From IMG/VR virus record IMGVR_UViG_3300025914_000003: a DNA stretch of 64,000 nucleotides. One strand, written 5' to 3'. Both the position numbers and the translations under genes were made by a program. The DNA is from a virus. Shown piece after piece: positions 44,015 to 53,192 of the stretch (positions are counted from its first letter, which is position 1; each line of letters opens with the position of its first letter). Below the pieces are notes generated by a model. It had not been told where the DNA came from. It worked only from the letters and a program-made list of their open reading frames with translations, and made no database searches.

Positions 44015-45969
44015 TGGCGACCTACCAAGAGGAAAAGCTGGCCGACAATCCCGTGTTCTACGCACGACTGGACACTCTCGATCCGGCTGAGACGGTAATC
44101 ACCGACATTTCCGGCTTTGGTAATCATGGCACTTACTACATGGACAATGTGCGTGGAATGGCTTCACCAATTGAGACTGACGCATCCTCCCGTGCCATTG
44201 GTGGTCATGTTGGCTTCACGCGCATCGAAAATGAATCGCTCGGCAACTTTACTTGGGAAGGCTGGATTTACTATCCCGGCGGCGATGCCAGCGGCACACT
44301 GATCTGCCGTGGTGGGCAGATCGGCCTGAACGGTTCCAACTTCCTCGCTATTAACACCGGGAACGCTCACGCACGCATTTCCATCACCGGCAGCGGGACG
44401 TTTGACCTGACCTCAGCACTTGGCTCAACCATCGGCTACCACCACCTCGCCGTCGTGCGCAACGGCAACGTGCTACAGCTTTACGATATGGCGGTATTGG
44501 TTGGTGAAGAAGACGCGGCAGGGTTGGGCGACTTGGGTGGGTTTGGGGTACCGTTCGATGGGACCAACCCGAACGGTTATACTTTCCTTGGCACAGGATC
44601 AAGTGCAGATGTGTTTGCCAGCCCCGGATCAGATGAAATTGCCATCTATGATTACCCGCTCACTCAGACCCGGTTACAGGCCCACGTTGACGCGGCACTG
44701 AACATTCTCTCCCTTACCGGTGTCAGCAACGTGCTCTCATCCGCCGTGCTATACAGCGACCTTGAACCTGACCCGGTGAGTTTCCCGTTCCGTCACAACT
44801 GGAGTGACTCGCTGATTGAACGCATCAGCTTTCGTGCTGCACGATCCAATTCGGTTAAAGGCTATGAATCAGCGAACTCTTTGCGTCCTAAGCCGCGCCG
44901 CGAACTGGAATTGCAGCAGGTGTTGCGCGACGACGCCGAGCGTTCAGCGTTTCGCGCAAAACTCAACGCCAACCAGCATCGCAAGTGGTTCATCCCGATT
45001 CTTGAAGATAGAGAGCAGTTGACTGCACCACTTTCCGCCGGCTCAACTCTCCTGCCTGCAACGACTCAGTACCGTGATTATGAAGTCGGAAGTTATGCAG
45101 AACTGCGCCAGTTATCTGTAACTGGAGAGATTACAAAGTCCGAACAAGTGCTCGTCACATCGCTTAGCCCATTCACTACGAATCCTACGACACTCAACTA
45201 CGATGCTTATCTATCCAGCATCAGCCCTGCGCGACGTGGCATTGTCGAAGCGCAAATCTCTCCACGCGGACACACTGGCACAGTGGAGGACATGTCGCTG
45301 GTTATTCGGTTGCTGGCTGAGGACGAAGAGGTCACGCCGAATCGCATCACGCCTTGGACGCCGACTCTCACCTACAAGAGCTATGAAGTGCTCGATCCTG
45401 CTGTCTGGCAATCCAACGACTGGACTGAGTTACGTGATTACAATGTGGAACGCGAGCGCTCTGACATTGACTTCGACACTGGCACGTTCACTGTGGAATC
45501 CGACACTATCGGAGCATCCGAATCCTTCGGCTACCGCATGACGCTCGAAGGACGGGATAAGCATGCGGCACTACTCGGCTGGTTCTACGCCCGCGCAGGA
45601 TCAATCAACTATCTTTGGGTGCCAACCATGCAGGCGGATTTCATTCCCGTCAGTGCGGTGAGCGATGATCTTACGGTTCGCGGTCATAACTACTTCGACA
45701 ACTACGCCGGGAGTGAATATCGGCGCGATCTCGCTTTTGTCTACTTCGATAACACAATGGAGTTTCGACGAATTGAAGGCGTAACACTGGACGGAGCAAA
45801 CGAGGTGCTGGATCTGAACACCAGTGCTCCCACTTTTACTAACCTGCGCACGGTATCATACCTACGCTTCTGCCGACTGGATGGCGACACGCTGGAGATC
45901 GCGCGGGTGACGGATACCAAAGCGCAATTCGCCTGGGGGTTCAGGGAGATTTTAAGTAGCCCTATATAG
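44014..45969 (+). CDS. large tail or baseplate protein with an N-terminal LamG-like domain
   Basis: Contains LADNPVFYARLD...DISGFGNHGTY. Confidence 0.5.
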   Translation: MATYQEEKLADNPVFYARLDTLDPAETVITDISGFGNHGTYYMDNVRGMASPIETDASSRAIGGHVGFTRIENESLGNFTWEGWIYYPGGDASGTLICRGGQIGLNGSNFLAINTGNAHARISITGSGTFDLTSALGSTIGYHHLAVVRNGNVLQLYDMAVLVGEEDAAGLGDLGGFGVPFDGTNPNGYTFLGTGSSADVFASPGSDEIAIYDYPLTQTRLQAHVDAALNILSLTGVSNVLSSAVLYSDLEPDPVSFPFRHNWSDSLIERISFRAARSNSVKGYESANSLRPKPRRELELQQVLRDDAERSAFRAKLNANQHRKWFIPILEDREQLTAPLSAGSTLLPATTQYRDYEVGSYAELRQLSVTGEITKSEQVLVTSLSPFTTNPTTLNYDAYLSSISPARRGIVEAQISPRGHTGTVEDMSLVIRLLAEDEEVTPNRITPWTPTLTYKSYEVLDPAVWQSNDWTELRDYNVERERSDIDFDTGTFTVESDTIGASESFGYRMTLEGRDKHAALLGWFYARAGSINYLWVPTMQADFIPVSAVSDDLTVRGHNYFDNYAGSEYRRDLAFVYFDNTMEFRRIEGVTLDGANEVLDLNTSAPTFTNLRTVSYLRFCRLDGDTLEIARVTDTKAQFAWGFREILSSPI

Positions 45970-46005
45970 AACCGTGATAAACTGCGGAGCGTTTAGCGTC
46001 CGCTC

Positions 46006-46362
46006 TTGATGCAACCTGACAACGCAATGCTCAACCAGTATAGAATCGTTCTAAAAAGAGACGCGGACTTTTGGCGAGACGAGCTGGTCTTTACGGATAA
46101 GCAGACTGGGGCCGCTATCCCATTGCTCAGCGCAGAATTAATCATCCATCCCAGTGATGGCTCAGGCGATATAAGCTGGAACGAAACGAACGGAAAACTC
46201 CTACTACCGACAGACGGAGTAATTCAGTTCTCTGTTGGTCTTGAGGAGATAGAAGCCTATACATGGAAAGAAGCAACTTACTGTCTCTCAATCACATTTA
46301 CTAACAATATGCGCGACCGTAGCTTCCTGACTGGCCCAGTAGAAGTTCTGGATGAGTGCTAA
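46006..46362 (+). CDS. hypothetical tail-region protein
   Basis: 118-aa ORF. Confidence 0.5.
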   Translation: MMQPDNAMLNQYRIVLKRDADFWRDELVFTDKQTGAAIPLLSAELIIHPSDGSGDISWNETNGKLLLPTDGVIQFSVGLEEIEAYTWKEATYCLSITFTNNMRDRSFLTGPVEVLDEC

Positions 46363-46721
46363 TGTCTACCGACTCTATAAGACTGAATGTCAATACTGTG
46401 AATGTCGCGGTGCGGTCTTCGGGCGAGAAGATCTTGGTTTCATCGCCGCGTGTGGAGATCGTAACAGCGGGCAGGATAGGACCATCAGGGCCAGCAGGCG
46501 AAAACGCCGATGCGACATTCGAATGGGCCACGCAATCATTTGATCTGGCAGAGCCTCGACAGGAATTTGTACTTGATTTCGCGCCACGGGCAGGGAGCAT
46601 ATTTGTTTACCTCAACGGACTGATGGAACGGTTCTGGAGTATTACGGACTTGACCATCACGCTTGAAGACCTCGCTTTAGAAGGCGACACCGTAATGGTG
46701 AGATACCAAAAGGAGATCTAA
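46356..46721 (+). CDS. hypothetical tail-region protein
   Basis: 121-aa ORF. Confidence 0.5.
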   Translation: MLMSTDSIRLNVNTVNVAVRSSGEKILVSSPRVEIVTAGRIGPSGPAGENADATFEWATQSFDLAEPRQEFVLDFAPRAGSIFVYLNGLMERFWSITDLTITLEDLALEGDTVMVRYQKEI

Positions 46722-46725
46722 CAAA

Positions 46726-47889
46726 ATGGCTGTAACTCAAATAGATGGTGGACGCCAGATAAAAGCTGGAACCATAACCAACGCTGAAATAGCTTCTGGC
46801 GCTGCGATTGCCCTATCGAAACTTGCTGAGGCTGTAATTCAGGCTGATGGTGGTCAGGCGTTTACTGCTGATCAGTCAATGGGCGGCTTCAAACTCACAA
46901 ACTTGGGTGATGGAACCAACCCCGCTGATGCTGTCAATAAGAGCCAACTTGATGCAGCAGTCGCGGCGATTGCTTCCGGCAGCGCAAAGAGTGTTGTTCG
47001 TTTAGCTACTACAGCGAACATCACGCTATCAGGAACGCAGACGATCGATGGAGTAGCTGGCTCTGCGGACGATCGAATCTTCGTTAAGAACCAAACCGCC
47101 CCAGAAGAAAACGGCTTGTACTTAATGAAGTCGGGCGCATGGGTGAGAACCACCGATGCGGATACGTGGACCGAACTCGTTGGCGCGATTGTTCCGGTTG
47201 CGGAAGGTACTGCAAACCATGACACGCTTTGGCTAGTTACCGCCGATCAGGGAGGAACTCTCGGAACCACGGCAGTTACTTCCGTTCAACTCCCTGGTCC
47301 GTCAGACATTCTCGCGGGCGCTGGCCTGACTCGCACAGGTCAGACCATCGACGTTGTTGCCGCTGATACGTCTCTAACGGTTGGTGCGAATAACGTCGCG
47401 GTGAATCCGGGTGAAGGTATTGAGATCAGCACCGGCGTTCGCATCAAACTGGATGGTTCAACGCTCGCGCGATCAGGCTCAGGTGTCAAGGTTGCGGATG
47501 CGGGAGTTACTGAAACACAACTTAATACTTCTGTTGCAGGCGCTGGCCTAACAGGTGGAGGCGGAACCGCACTCGCAGTTAATACCGATAACTCCACGGT
47601 TGAGATCAGTTCAGATACCGTTCGCGTAAAAGACGCGGGTATCACGTCTGCAAAGCTTGGGTCTGGAGCGCGACCAATAATTCGAGAAACTCCGAGCGGT
47701 TCAGTCAACGGATCAAATACAAGCTTTACCTTGGCGAATACACCAGCATCGGGCACAGAGCACGTTTATCTGAACGGCCTATTGCAGGAACCTGGCGCTG
47801 GTAACGATTACACAATTTCCACAAATACCATCACGATGCTTTCCGCCCCGCTTACAGGGGATCGTTTGCGAGTTAGCTACCTGTTCTAA
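46726..47889 (+). CDS. tail fibre protein
   Basis: Contains GGFKLTNLGDGTNPADAVNKSQLD, a fibre collar motif, and Gly/Thr/Ala-rich beta repeats. Confidence 0.65.
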   Translation: MAVTQIDGGRQIKAGTITNAEIASGAAIALSKLAEAVIQADGGQAFTADQSMGGFKLTNLGDGTNPADAVNKSQLDAAVAAIASGSAKSVVRLATTANITLSGTQTIDGVAGSADDRIFVKNQTAPEENGLYLMKSGAWVRTTDADTWTELVGAIVPVAEGTANHDTLWLVTADQGGTLGTTAVTSVQLPGPSDILAGAGLTRTGQTIDVVAADTSLTVGANNVAVNPGEGIEISTGVRIKLDGSTLARSGSGVKVADAGVTETQLNTSVAGAGLTGGGGTALAVNTDNSTVEISSDTVRVKDAGITSAKLGSGARPIIRETPSGSVNGSNTSFTLANTPASGTEHVYLNGLLQEPGAGNDYTISTNTITMLSAPLTGDRLRVSYLF

Positions 47890-48464
47890 TGGCGAAAACG
47901 CAGGTTCGTTCACAACAACTCGAGGATGAAGGTGTCAAACGTGACGACCTTAATTCAACTACGACCGGACAAGCGGTTGTTAAAAAGTTGGTTGAAGGTA
48001 CAGGCGTTCAGCTTACATCGACAGGCGTGGACGCCGGCACCGGAGATGTCACTGTTGCAACCCGAGCAGCCGATGCGAGTACCGCGGGCCATGTTACAAC
48101 GGGTACACAGGAGTTTGGCGGTAGGAAGAATTACACCAATCAATACGGCTCGGGCCCGGTCCATGACAACGGCAACAGTGGAAGCGGCACAGTCACGATT
48201 GATTGGGATAATGGAAACTCGCAACTTTTAACTTTGACAGGAAGTTGCACACTTGCATTTTCAAATGGGCAATCAGGGTTTCGCTATTTGCTGGAGCTTC
48301 GTACGGGGGCAGGAGGCTTTGTAGTTACTTGGCCCACAATCACATGGATGCGTAGTGGCGGCACGGCACCAACAGTACCAACAGCAGCAAGTAAGACATG
48401 TCTTGTTGGATTAAGCTGTAACGGCACCAACTCATATGTTGGTAGTTATGGAGATAACTCCTAG
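47889..48464 (+). CDS. tail fibre-associated protein
   Basis: TAATG junction. Gly/Thr-rich. Confidence 0.5.
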   Translation: MAKTQVRSQQLEDEGVKRDDLNSTTTGQAVVKKLVEGTGVQLTSTGVDAGTGDVTVATRAADASTAGHVTTGTQEFGGRKNYTNQYGSGPVHDNGNSGSGTVTIDWDNGNSQLLTLTGSCTLAFSNGQSGFRYLLELRTGAGGFVVTWPTITWMRSGGTAPTVPTAASKTCLVGLSCNGTNSYVGSYGDNS

Positions 48465-48935
48465 ATGATCGAAGTCGGCAGATTCGTTATCGCGGGCGAT
48501 TGGGATCAATCTCCAACGCCGCAAGGCAAACTGCGCATCGTTATAACGCCGTTGGGCCATGTCGAAGGCGGTGGCTGGCGCAACGTAACACAAGCTGCAC
48601 TACTGGCCCTTCCAGATCACATTAAACCTAACTGCTCGTTTGCTGAGATTGGGGCTGGAAGCGGAATTCTCTCTGTTGCTGCAAAGTTACTTAACGCAGG
48701 CCAGTGCTATGCAACCGAACTTAACCCAGACGCTCTTGAGGCTGCACGGAAAGTATTCTCGGCTAACAATGTTGATGTCGAATTGATCGAAGGAACGTTT
48801 CTGCCTGATGAAGACCTCGATGTGGTAATAGTTTCTATTAGCACCGCATTTTACGAAAAGAACAAGGAAAGGATTCGCGCAAAGACTGTCCTCGTGGTTC
48901 ACGATGATGGATTTGTACAAGTAGTTAACCCTTAA
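48465..48935 (+). CDS. PrmA-like class I SAM-dependent (protein) methyltransferase, minimal 156-aa form
   Basis: ITPLGHVEGGGWRNVTQAALLAL...FAEIGAGSGILSVAAKLLNAG..ATELNPDALEAARKVFSANNV parallels PrmA (IDPGmAFGTGtHpTT...DvGcGSGILaiaA...DiDp.Av). Confidence 0.7.
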   Translation: MIEVGRFVIAGDWDQSPTPQGKLRIVITPLGHVEGGGWRNVTQAALLALPDHIKPNCSFAEIGAGSGILSVAAKLLNAGQCYATELNPDALEAARKVFSANNVDVELIEGTFLPDEDLDVVIVSISTAFYEKNKERIRAKTVLVVHDDGFVQVVNP

Positions 48936-48951
48936 TAAGAAGGAGATTCGA

Positions 48952-49356
48952 ATGAGAGTATTTTTATTTGTTTTGATTCTGGTGGTGATGGTTGTTTTCT
49001 TTCCAGTAGCGAAGTCAGTCGCCAGCGGAGGCCGCTGTATCAACACCACGATTGAAGTCAGTCCGACATCTGTAGCCTCTGGGCAGACTATGCAAGCCAC
49101 CGCGCACTTTACGAATTGTGGCGGCAGTAATCTTTCCAACGTGGGCGCGAAAGCTTACGCCTATCGCGAACCAGCGCTGGACTGCTACACGGAAATTATT
49201 CCCTACACACTGATTCCGAACATTGGCCCAGGGCAGACCGTGAACATCTCGGCGGAGTTTATTCCGGTATGCGTTGGTGATTGGGAAGCGTACTCGTCTA
49301 TGCACCCTTCAAGTCTTTGGGCGTATGGAGAAGCGGAATTCACCGTAACGCCTTAA
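48952..49356 (+). CDS. secreted hypothetical protein
   Basis: Signal peptide MRVFLFVLILVVMVVFFPVAKSVASG. RBS is aaggag. Confidence 0.55.
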   Translation: MRVFLFVLILVVMVVFFPVAKSVASGGRCINTTIEVSPTSVASGQTMQATAHFTNCGGSNLSNVGAKAYAYREPALDCYTEIIPYTLIPNIGPGQTVNISAEFIPVCVGDWEAYSSMHPSSLWAYGEAEFTVTP

Positions 49357-49368
49357 TGGGAGTTAATC

Positions 49369-49770
49369 ATGATACGCACCCAGAGATGGACGCCGGATAG
49401 CTGTGCTAATCCCGCAACTGGTGACGCTTGTTCACTGATCGAAGAGTGGGATGATCAGGTTCCAGTCCAAGCTCGCACTCACAACTTTGTCAAGGCGGAA
49501 AAACTCTGCTCACGTCATCAGGCCGCACACGGAAGCGATCACGCTGCGGCCTTTACTGCGAACTATGAAGAGAACCGACGTAAGAATACCGCGATCGCAG
49601 TTGCCCAAAGCGTGAAGTCTTCTCTAACGAGCGATCATGTTACGTGGTCTTTTCGTGCTGATGGCGTGTTGCTGGTGGATTATGGTGGGAATCTTACCGC
49701 TAATCAAAAGGGCCAAATGAAGTCAGCATGTGATGTTCAGTTTGGCCCTAACAGAGTTCTTGTGTCCTGA
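49369..49770 (+). CDS. hypothetical protein
   Basis: 133-aa ORF. Confidence 0.5.
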   Translation: MIRTQRWTPDSCANPATGDACSLIEEWDDQVPVQARTHNFVKAEKLCSRHQAAHGSDHAAAFTANYEENRRKNTAIAVAQSVKSSLTSDHVTWSFRADGVLLVDYGGNLTANQKGQMKSACDVQFGPNRVLVS

Positions 49771-50981
49771 TGGCAAAATGGTTCTACGGCTCCAAGTTTA
49801 TAACAAGCGTCGCACAGGGCGTAACACGGTACTTCACGCTGGTTGGGGAACAGAGTCCCACTACTCTCGCCACTGGAACCGAGGCAAATCAACAAACCCT
49901 CTGCCGTTCGTCTTATACGGCGTCAAATCTCTGGTGTAACGTCACCGCAATCACTGGCACACTAACTCTCACTGACCGCAAGAACGGCAGCGCGGGCGGT
50001 CAATCAATCTCCATCACAACGACAGGAACAAAGGAAGATACAACCCACACCACTTCGCTCGCCAACGGCGATCTCTACTGTATGCAGGGCGTGATGTCGA
50101 ATAACCACGGCGATGCGTGTACGCTGCAAACAATGTCGGTAATTCTGGATGACGGTGGCACGATTGCACCCATGATTCTCGCGGCATCTGGGATTGGCGG
50201 CGGTGGGCTAACAGCTAATCAGTTCGCCTTTGTTTCCGGGGCAGCTACGTCAAGCAGTACGGAGGCCGATAGTCGAGTTATTCTCCGGTTCGCATCCACT
50301 TTTTCAAACATGCGTGCTTTCCTGACCAGCACCTCGACAGGCGAGTTTGATTATTACTTCAATGGCGTTGCTGGCACGCAGGCACTCTCATACGTCTCGG
50401 AAACTGGGGCCAAGGAAGATGTTTCTGCAACGGATTTAGTTACAGCGGGAGATACCTGTAACGTCAAGTGGCTCTCGGCGGGTAGCGCAACGCTCGCTAC
50501 TTTCCAATCCAAGTCTAACGCGTCTGCAAATCTCGTCGTAGCCAGTCGTACCGGCGTGGCGGGTATTGGCGCGAGCATCACGAATTACTATGCGCTCGGT
50601 GGGACGCTGCAAGTTCCCGCGACCACCGAATCCAACGCGCAGATTAAAGCGCGAGTTGCGGATACTTGGAAGAATCTCCAAGCCAACGTCACCGCGAACT
50701 CTCGCTCTGACGCTACGACTATCAATCTGCGTTCAGGAGCGGCTAACCCTTCTGGTGGTCCATCTATCTCAGTTAGCGCCGGGGCGACAGGTATCATTGA
50801 AGATCTAACCGGATCATTTACTTCTGCCACTACAGACTTGATGAATTTTAGGTTAGCAACAGGCGCTGGCACTGGAACGATTAGTGTTACCGCAATTGGT
50901 ATTCAGCAGGGAGACGTTGTTCTTGGTAAGGCGATCCCGTTTGCCGTAAAGCGCCCACAGTTTTATCGAAGGAGAATATAA
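49770..50981 (+). CDS. structural-looking protein made of three repeats of about 120-130 aa
   Basis: Each third carries the pattern ...NL..NVTA...TL.L...G.AGG.SIS...G..ED.T.... Confidence 0.6.
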   Translation: MAKWFYGSKFITSVAQGVTRYFTLVGEQSPTTLATGTEANQQTLCRSSYTASNLWCNVTAITGTLTLTDRKNGSAGGQSISITTTGTKEDTTHTTSLANGDLYCMQGVMSNNHGDACTLQTMSVILDDGGTIAPMILAASGIGGGGLTANQFAFVSGAATSSSTEADSRVILRFASTFSNMRAFLTSTSTGEFDYYFNGVAGTQALSYVSETGAKEDVSATDLVTAGDTCNVKWLSAGSATLATFQSKSNASANLVVASRTGVAGIGASITNYYALGGTLQVPATTESNAQIKARVADTWKNLQANVTANSRSDATTINLRSGAANPSGGPSISVSAGATGIIEDLTGSFTSATTDLMNFRLATGAGTGTISVTAIGIQQGDVVLGKAIPFAVKRPQFYRRRI

Positions 50982-50982
50982 A

Positions 50983-51474
50983 ATGCCTCGAATCTATAGA
51001 GTGCCTTATACAGGCACGATCACAAATGCTGGAGGTGATGCTGATTTTGTTGTTCTCCAGCCTGCGGATGATAAACCGATCCGGTTAGCTGGCTGGTTTC
51101 TTGGGCAGACATCGGAGGTTGGAGATGCTGCGGAAGAGAATCTAAGAATTACAGTCCGTCACATGACTGCAACGGTTACGGTTACAGGCGGCACAGGTGT
51201 CACCCCTGTTGCGAACCGCCCCGGCACAACAGATGTCGTCGCCGCGGGTTTCACAGCAACATGCAATTGCACAACGGTCGCAACCACTAGCGGCACCAGC
51301 ACGATCATGGAAGAGTTAGGTTGGAATGAACGGAGCTCGCCTTGGGAAAGATTCATACCCGAAGAGATGCGGCCTATTGCGATGCAAGGCGAAGCATTGA
51401 TCGTTCGGATGGAGACAACGCCCGGTGATGATTTCACAGCCGCGCTAACCCTTTTCATTGAAGAAATGCCGTAA
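50983..51474 (+). CDS. hypothetical beta-rich protein
   Basis: 163-aa ORF. Confidence 0.55.
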   Translation: MPRIYRVPYTGTITNAGGDADFVVLQPADDKPIRLAGWFLGQTSEVGDAAEENLRITVRHMTATVTVTGGTGVTPVANRPGTTDVVAAGFTATCNCTTVATTSGTSTIMEELGWNERSSPWERFIPEEMRPIAMQGEALIVRMETTPGDDFTAALTLFIEEMP

Positions 51475-51489
51475 AGGAGAACCATAGAG

Positions 51490-51606
51490 ATGGCTTTCTT
51501 TCGCAGAACAATAAGACGATTCAGATCGCGAATTAGATGGATGCCAAGCAAGACACCAACGCCGGTTACGTCAGTGATTGCGCCTCACTTTTTAGCAGGT
51601 GATTAG
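51490..51606 (+). CDS. possible 38-aa Arg-rich peptide
   Basis: MAFFRRTIRRFRSRIRWMPSK... Its stop abuts the TTG start of the sigma gene. Confidence 0.25.
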   Translation: MAFFRRTIRRFRSRIRWMPSKTPTPVTSVIAPHFLAGD

Positions 51607-52140
51607 TTGAGTGCGATAGCCTCAAACACAGACTCACTTAACGATCTAATACTCGCGCATCTCTGGATCGTCCGCGCGATCGCCGGTCGCCTTAAGAACT
51701 CACTATTATTCTCTGCCGATTGGGATGAGCTAATCAGTACCGGGAACCTCGCTCTAGTAAAAGCAGCACACAACTATGAAGCTCGTAATGAATGTCAGTT
51801 TAAGACCTATGCATTCAAATGTGTGAGAGGCGCGATGTTGACATCGTTTACCAGGATTGACGGCCATCACGACTCTGCAATGATTCAATTCGAACCTCTG
51901 GGTGAATACCCGATTCCGCCGGCACAAGAGTCCGAGGTATATAGACGCGAACGCGCTAGCATTCTCGAGTTACTCGTGAATCGATTACAGCCACGCCACA
52001 AGGAAGTAATTCAAGTCTACGTAGATGAGTCGCCGCTTACGAAGTTCGCAAGTAGCAAAGGAATGAAGCGAGATCGGATCATGAAGTGGCAGCGCACTGG
52101 GATTAAACAGATGGTGCAGGCGGGCTCTGTGTTTCGGTAA
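51607..52140 (+). CDS. sigma-70 family sigma factor (regions 2 and 4 only; TTG start)
   Basis: Region 2 is ELISTGNLALVKAAHNYE...FKTYAFKCVRGAM. Region 4 is LQPRHKEVIQVY...KGMKRDRIMKWQRTGIKQM. AGGTGA lies 7 nt upstream. Confidence 0.85.
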   Translation: MSAIASNTDSLNDLILAHLWIVRAIAGRLKNSLLFSADWDELISTGNLALVKAAHNYEARNECQFKTYAFKCVRGAMLTSFTRIDGHHDSAMIQFEPLGEYPIPPAQESEVYRRERASILELLVNRLQPRHKEVIQVYVDESPLTKFASSKGMKRDRIMKWQRTGIKQMVQAGSVFR

Positions 52141-52342
52141 CTAACCTTATGCCTCTCGACACGTTTGGCGTTCGCTCAATCAATCCCTGATTCTCAAGAG
52201 CAACTAAAATATCGTAGACGCTTGCAGATGAGCGTAATCCGAACTGCCGGCCTATTTCATCAAGGGTAGGAGCTTCTTTGTTGGAAGCGATATATCCGCG
52301 GATGAAGTCATATACGCGCTGCTGCTTAGGGGATGATGGCAT
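52103..52342 (-). CDS. protein consisting only of a LexA N-terminal DNA-binding domain (79 aa, no S24 peptidase domain)
   Basis: KQQRVYDFIRGYIASNKEAPTLDEIGRQFGLRSSASVYDILVALENQGLIERTPNVSRGIRLV aligns by eye with E. coli LexA residues 1-70, including SRGIRL. Confidence 0.8.
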   Translation of the reverse strand: MPSSPKQQRVYDFIRGYIASNKEAPTLDEIGRQFGLRSSASVYDILVALENQGLIERTPNVSRGIRLVTETQSPPAPSV

Positions 52343-52529
52343 GGTTCTCCTTTGTGAGAGCTTTGACGATGTGTTTCTTGAGACGTTCGTAAAGATGTGG
52401 GCAGAGATAGGAATCTAACTCACACTGATTACAGCTATAACAATCAGCATCTCCGACAGGCTGGTCTACTTCCTTAAAGTAATTATCAACGGCTTCTTTA
52501 GCGATAGCTTCGGCTTGTTGGACATCCAT
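52326..52529 (-). CDS. hypothetical protein (CYSCNQC...C)
   Basis: 67-aa ORF in the leftward operon. Confidence 0.55.
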   Translation of the reverse strand: MDVQQAEAIAKEAVDNYFKEVDQPVGDADCYSCNQCELDSYLCPHLYERLKKHIVKALTKENHAIIP

Positions 52530-52535
52530 TGAATT

Positions 52536-52718
52536 TTACTCTTCGCCTTTGAACCTGATCTCAATACAGTTGTCGGGTGTAAATTCATGTTCGCCTTCGT
52601 GCCCACCTTCAAGCAGGCAAGTCATATTGCCGTTTTCGTAGGTTTCAACCCACTCTTTTGAATAAAGATGGCCCATTTCCTCTAGATGCGTACGGTAGTC
52701 CTTCCAGCAATGGATCAT
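52536..52718 (-). CDS. hypothetical acidic protein
   Basis: 60-aa ORF that abuts the upstream stop. Confidence 0.5.
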   Translation of the reverse strand: MIHCWKDYRTHLEEMGHLYSKEWVETYENGNMTCLLEGGHEGEHEFTPDNCIEIRFKGEE

Positions 52719-52901
52719 CTAGTTCACCTCACTTACACCCCGGAAGCCAATACCACACAAACCCGCACTCAAAGAAAGACCAATTACGATCCCTAACAGG
52801 ATTAGGACTATCACAATACATCCTGCTTCAGCGCTGCGCGAGCCGTGTGCGTCTTCAGTCATTCCTAGATCTTTATTGCTGTTCGGTGTACTTCTTGACA
52901 A
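52719..52901 (-). CDS. small membrane protein
   Basis: TM segment CIVIVLILLGIVIGLSLSAGL. Met 52862 is an alternative start. Confidence 0.5.
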   Translation of the reverse strand: MSRSTPNSNKDLGMTEDAHGSRSAEAGCIVIVLILLGIVIGLSLSAGLCGIGFRGVSEVN

Positions 52902-53079
52902 AGAAGTCGAATGTAGCTTTGGGAACGCGAATAGATTGCGACGGTGGCTCTCCTACTTTCTGCTCCGCAATCGACACGTTGAAGCCATCGCAGATTATCC
53001 AGAAATCACCTTTCTGGAAGTTGTCGCGCTTTAGTTCGGCGAAACCCGTGTCGCCGTTACATTCCATCAAACTTGGCAT
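52873..53079 (-). CDS. hypothetical protein (68 aa)
   Basis: ATG 53079 lies behind AAAGGAGAATTC. The tracked start at 53160 is probably too long. Confidence 0.55.
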   Translation of the reverse strand: MPSLMECNGDTGFAELKRDNFQKGDFWIICDGFNVSIAEQKVGEPPSQSIRVPKATFDFFVKKYTEQQ

Positions 53080-53192
53080 GAATTCTCCTTTCAAAAAGTG
53101 GGAGCAGCGCAAAAGGCCGAGGGTCCTCAACCTCACCTCCGCACCGCTCCCGCCAAGCATCGCCGCCTCCCACAGCGCGATACTCGGAGCCG

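Noticed and set aside
45970-46005. Short imperfect hairpin GCGGAGCG-TTTA-GCGTCCGC after the 651-aa tail gene, considered as a terminator.
   Set aside because: The stem is bulged and only 5+2 bp, and there is no U-tract. Too weak to call.
42777-51474. A diversity-generating retroelement or invertible shufflon acting on the fibre genes.
   Set aside because: No reverse transcriptase (YxDD) or invertase/recombinase ORF was seen anywhere. I did not see a template/variable repeat pair or inverted crossover sites, although a systematic repeat search was not possible by eye.
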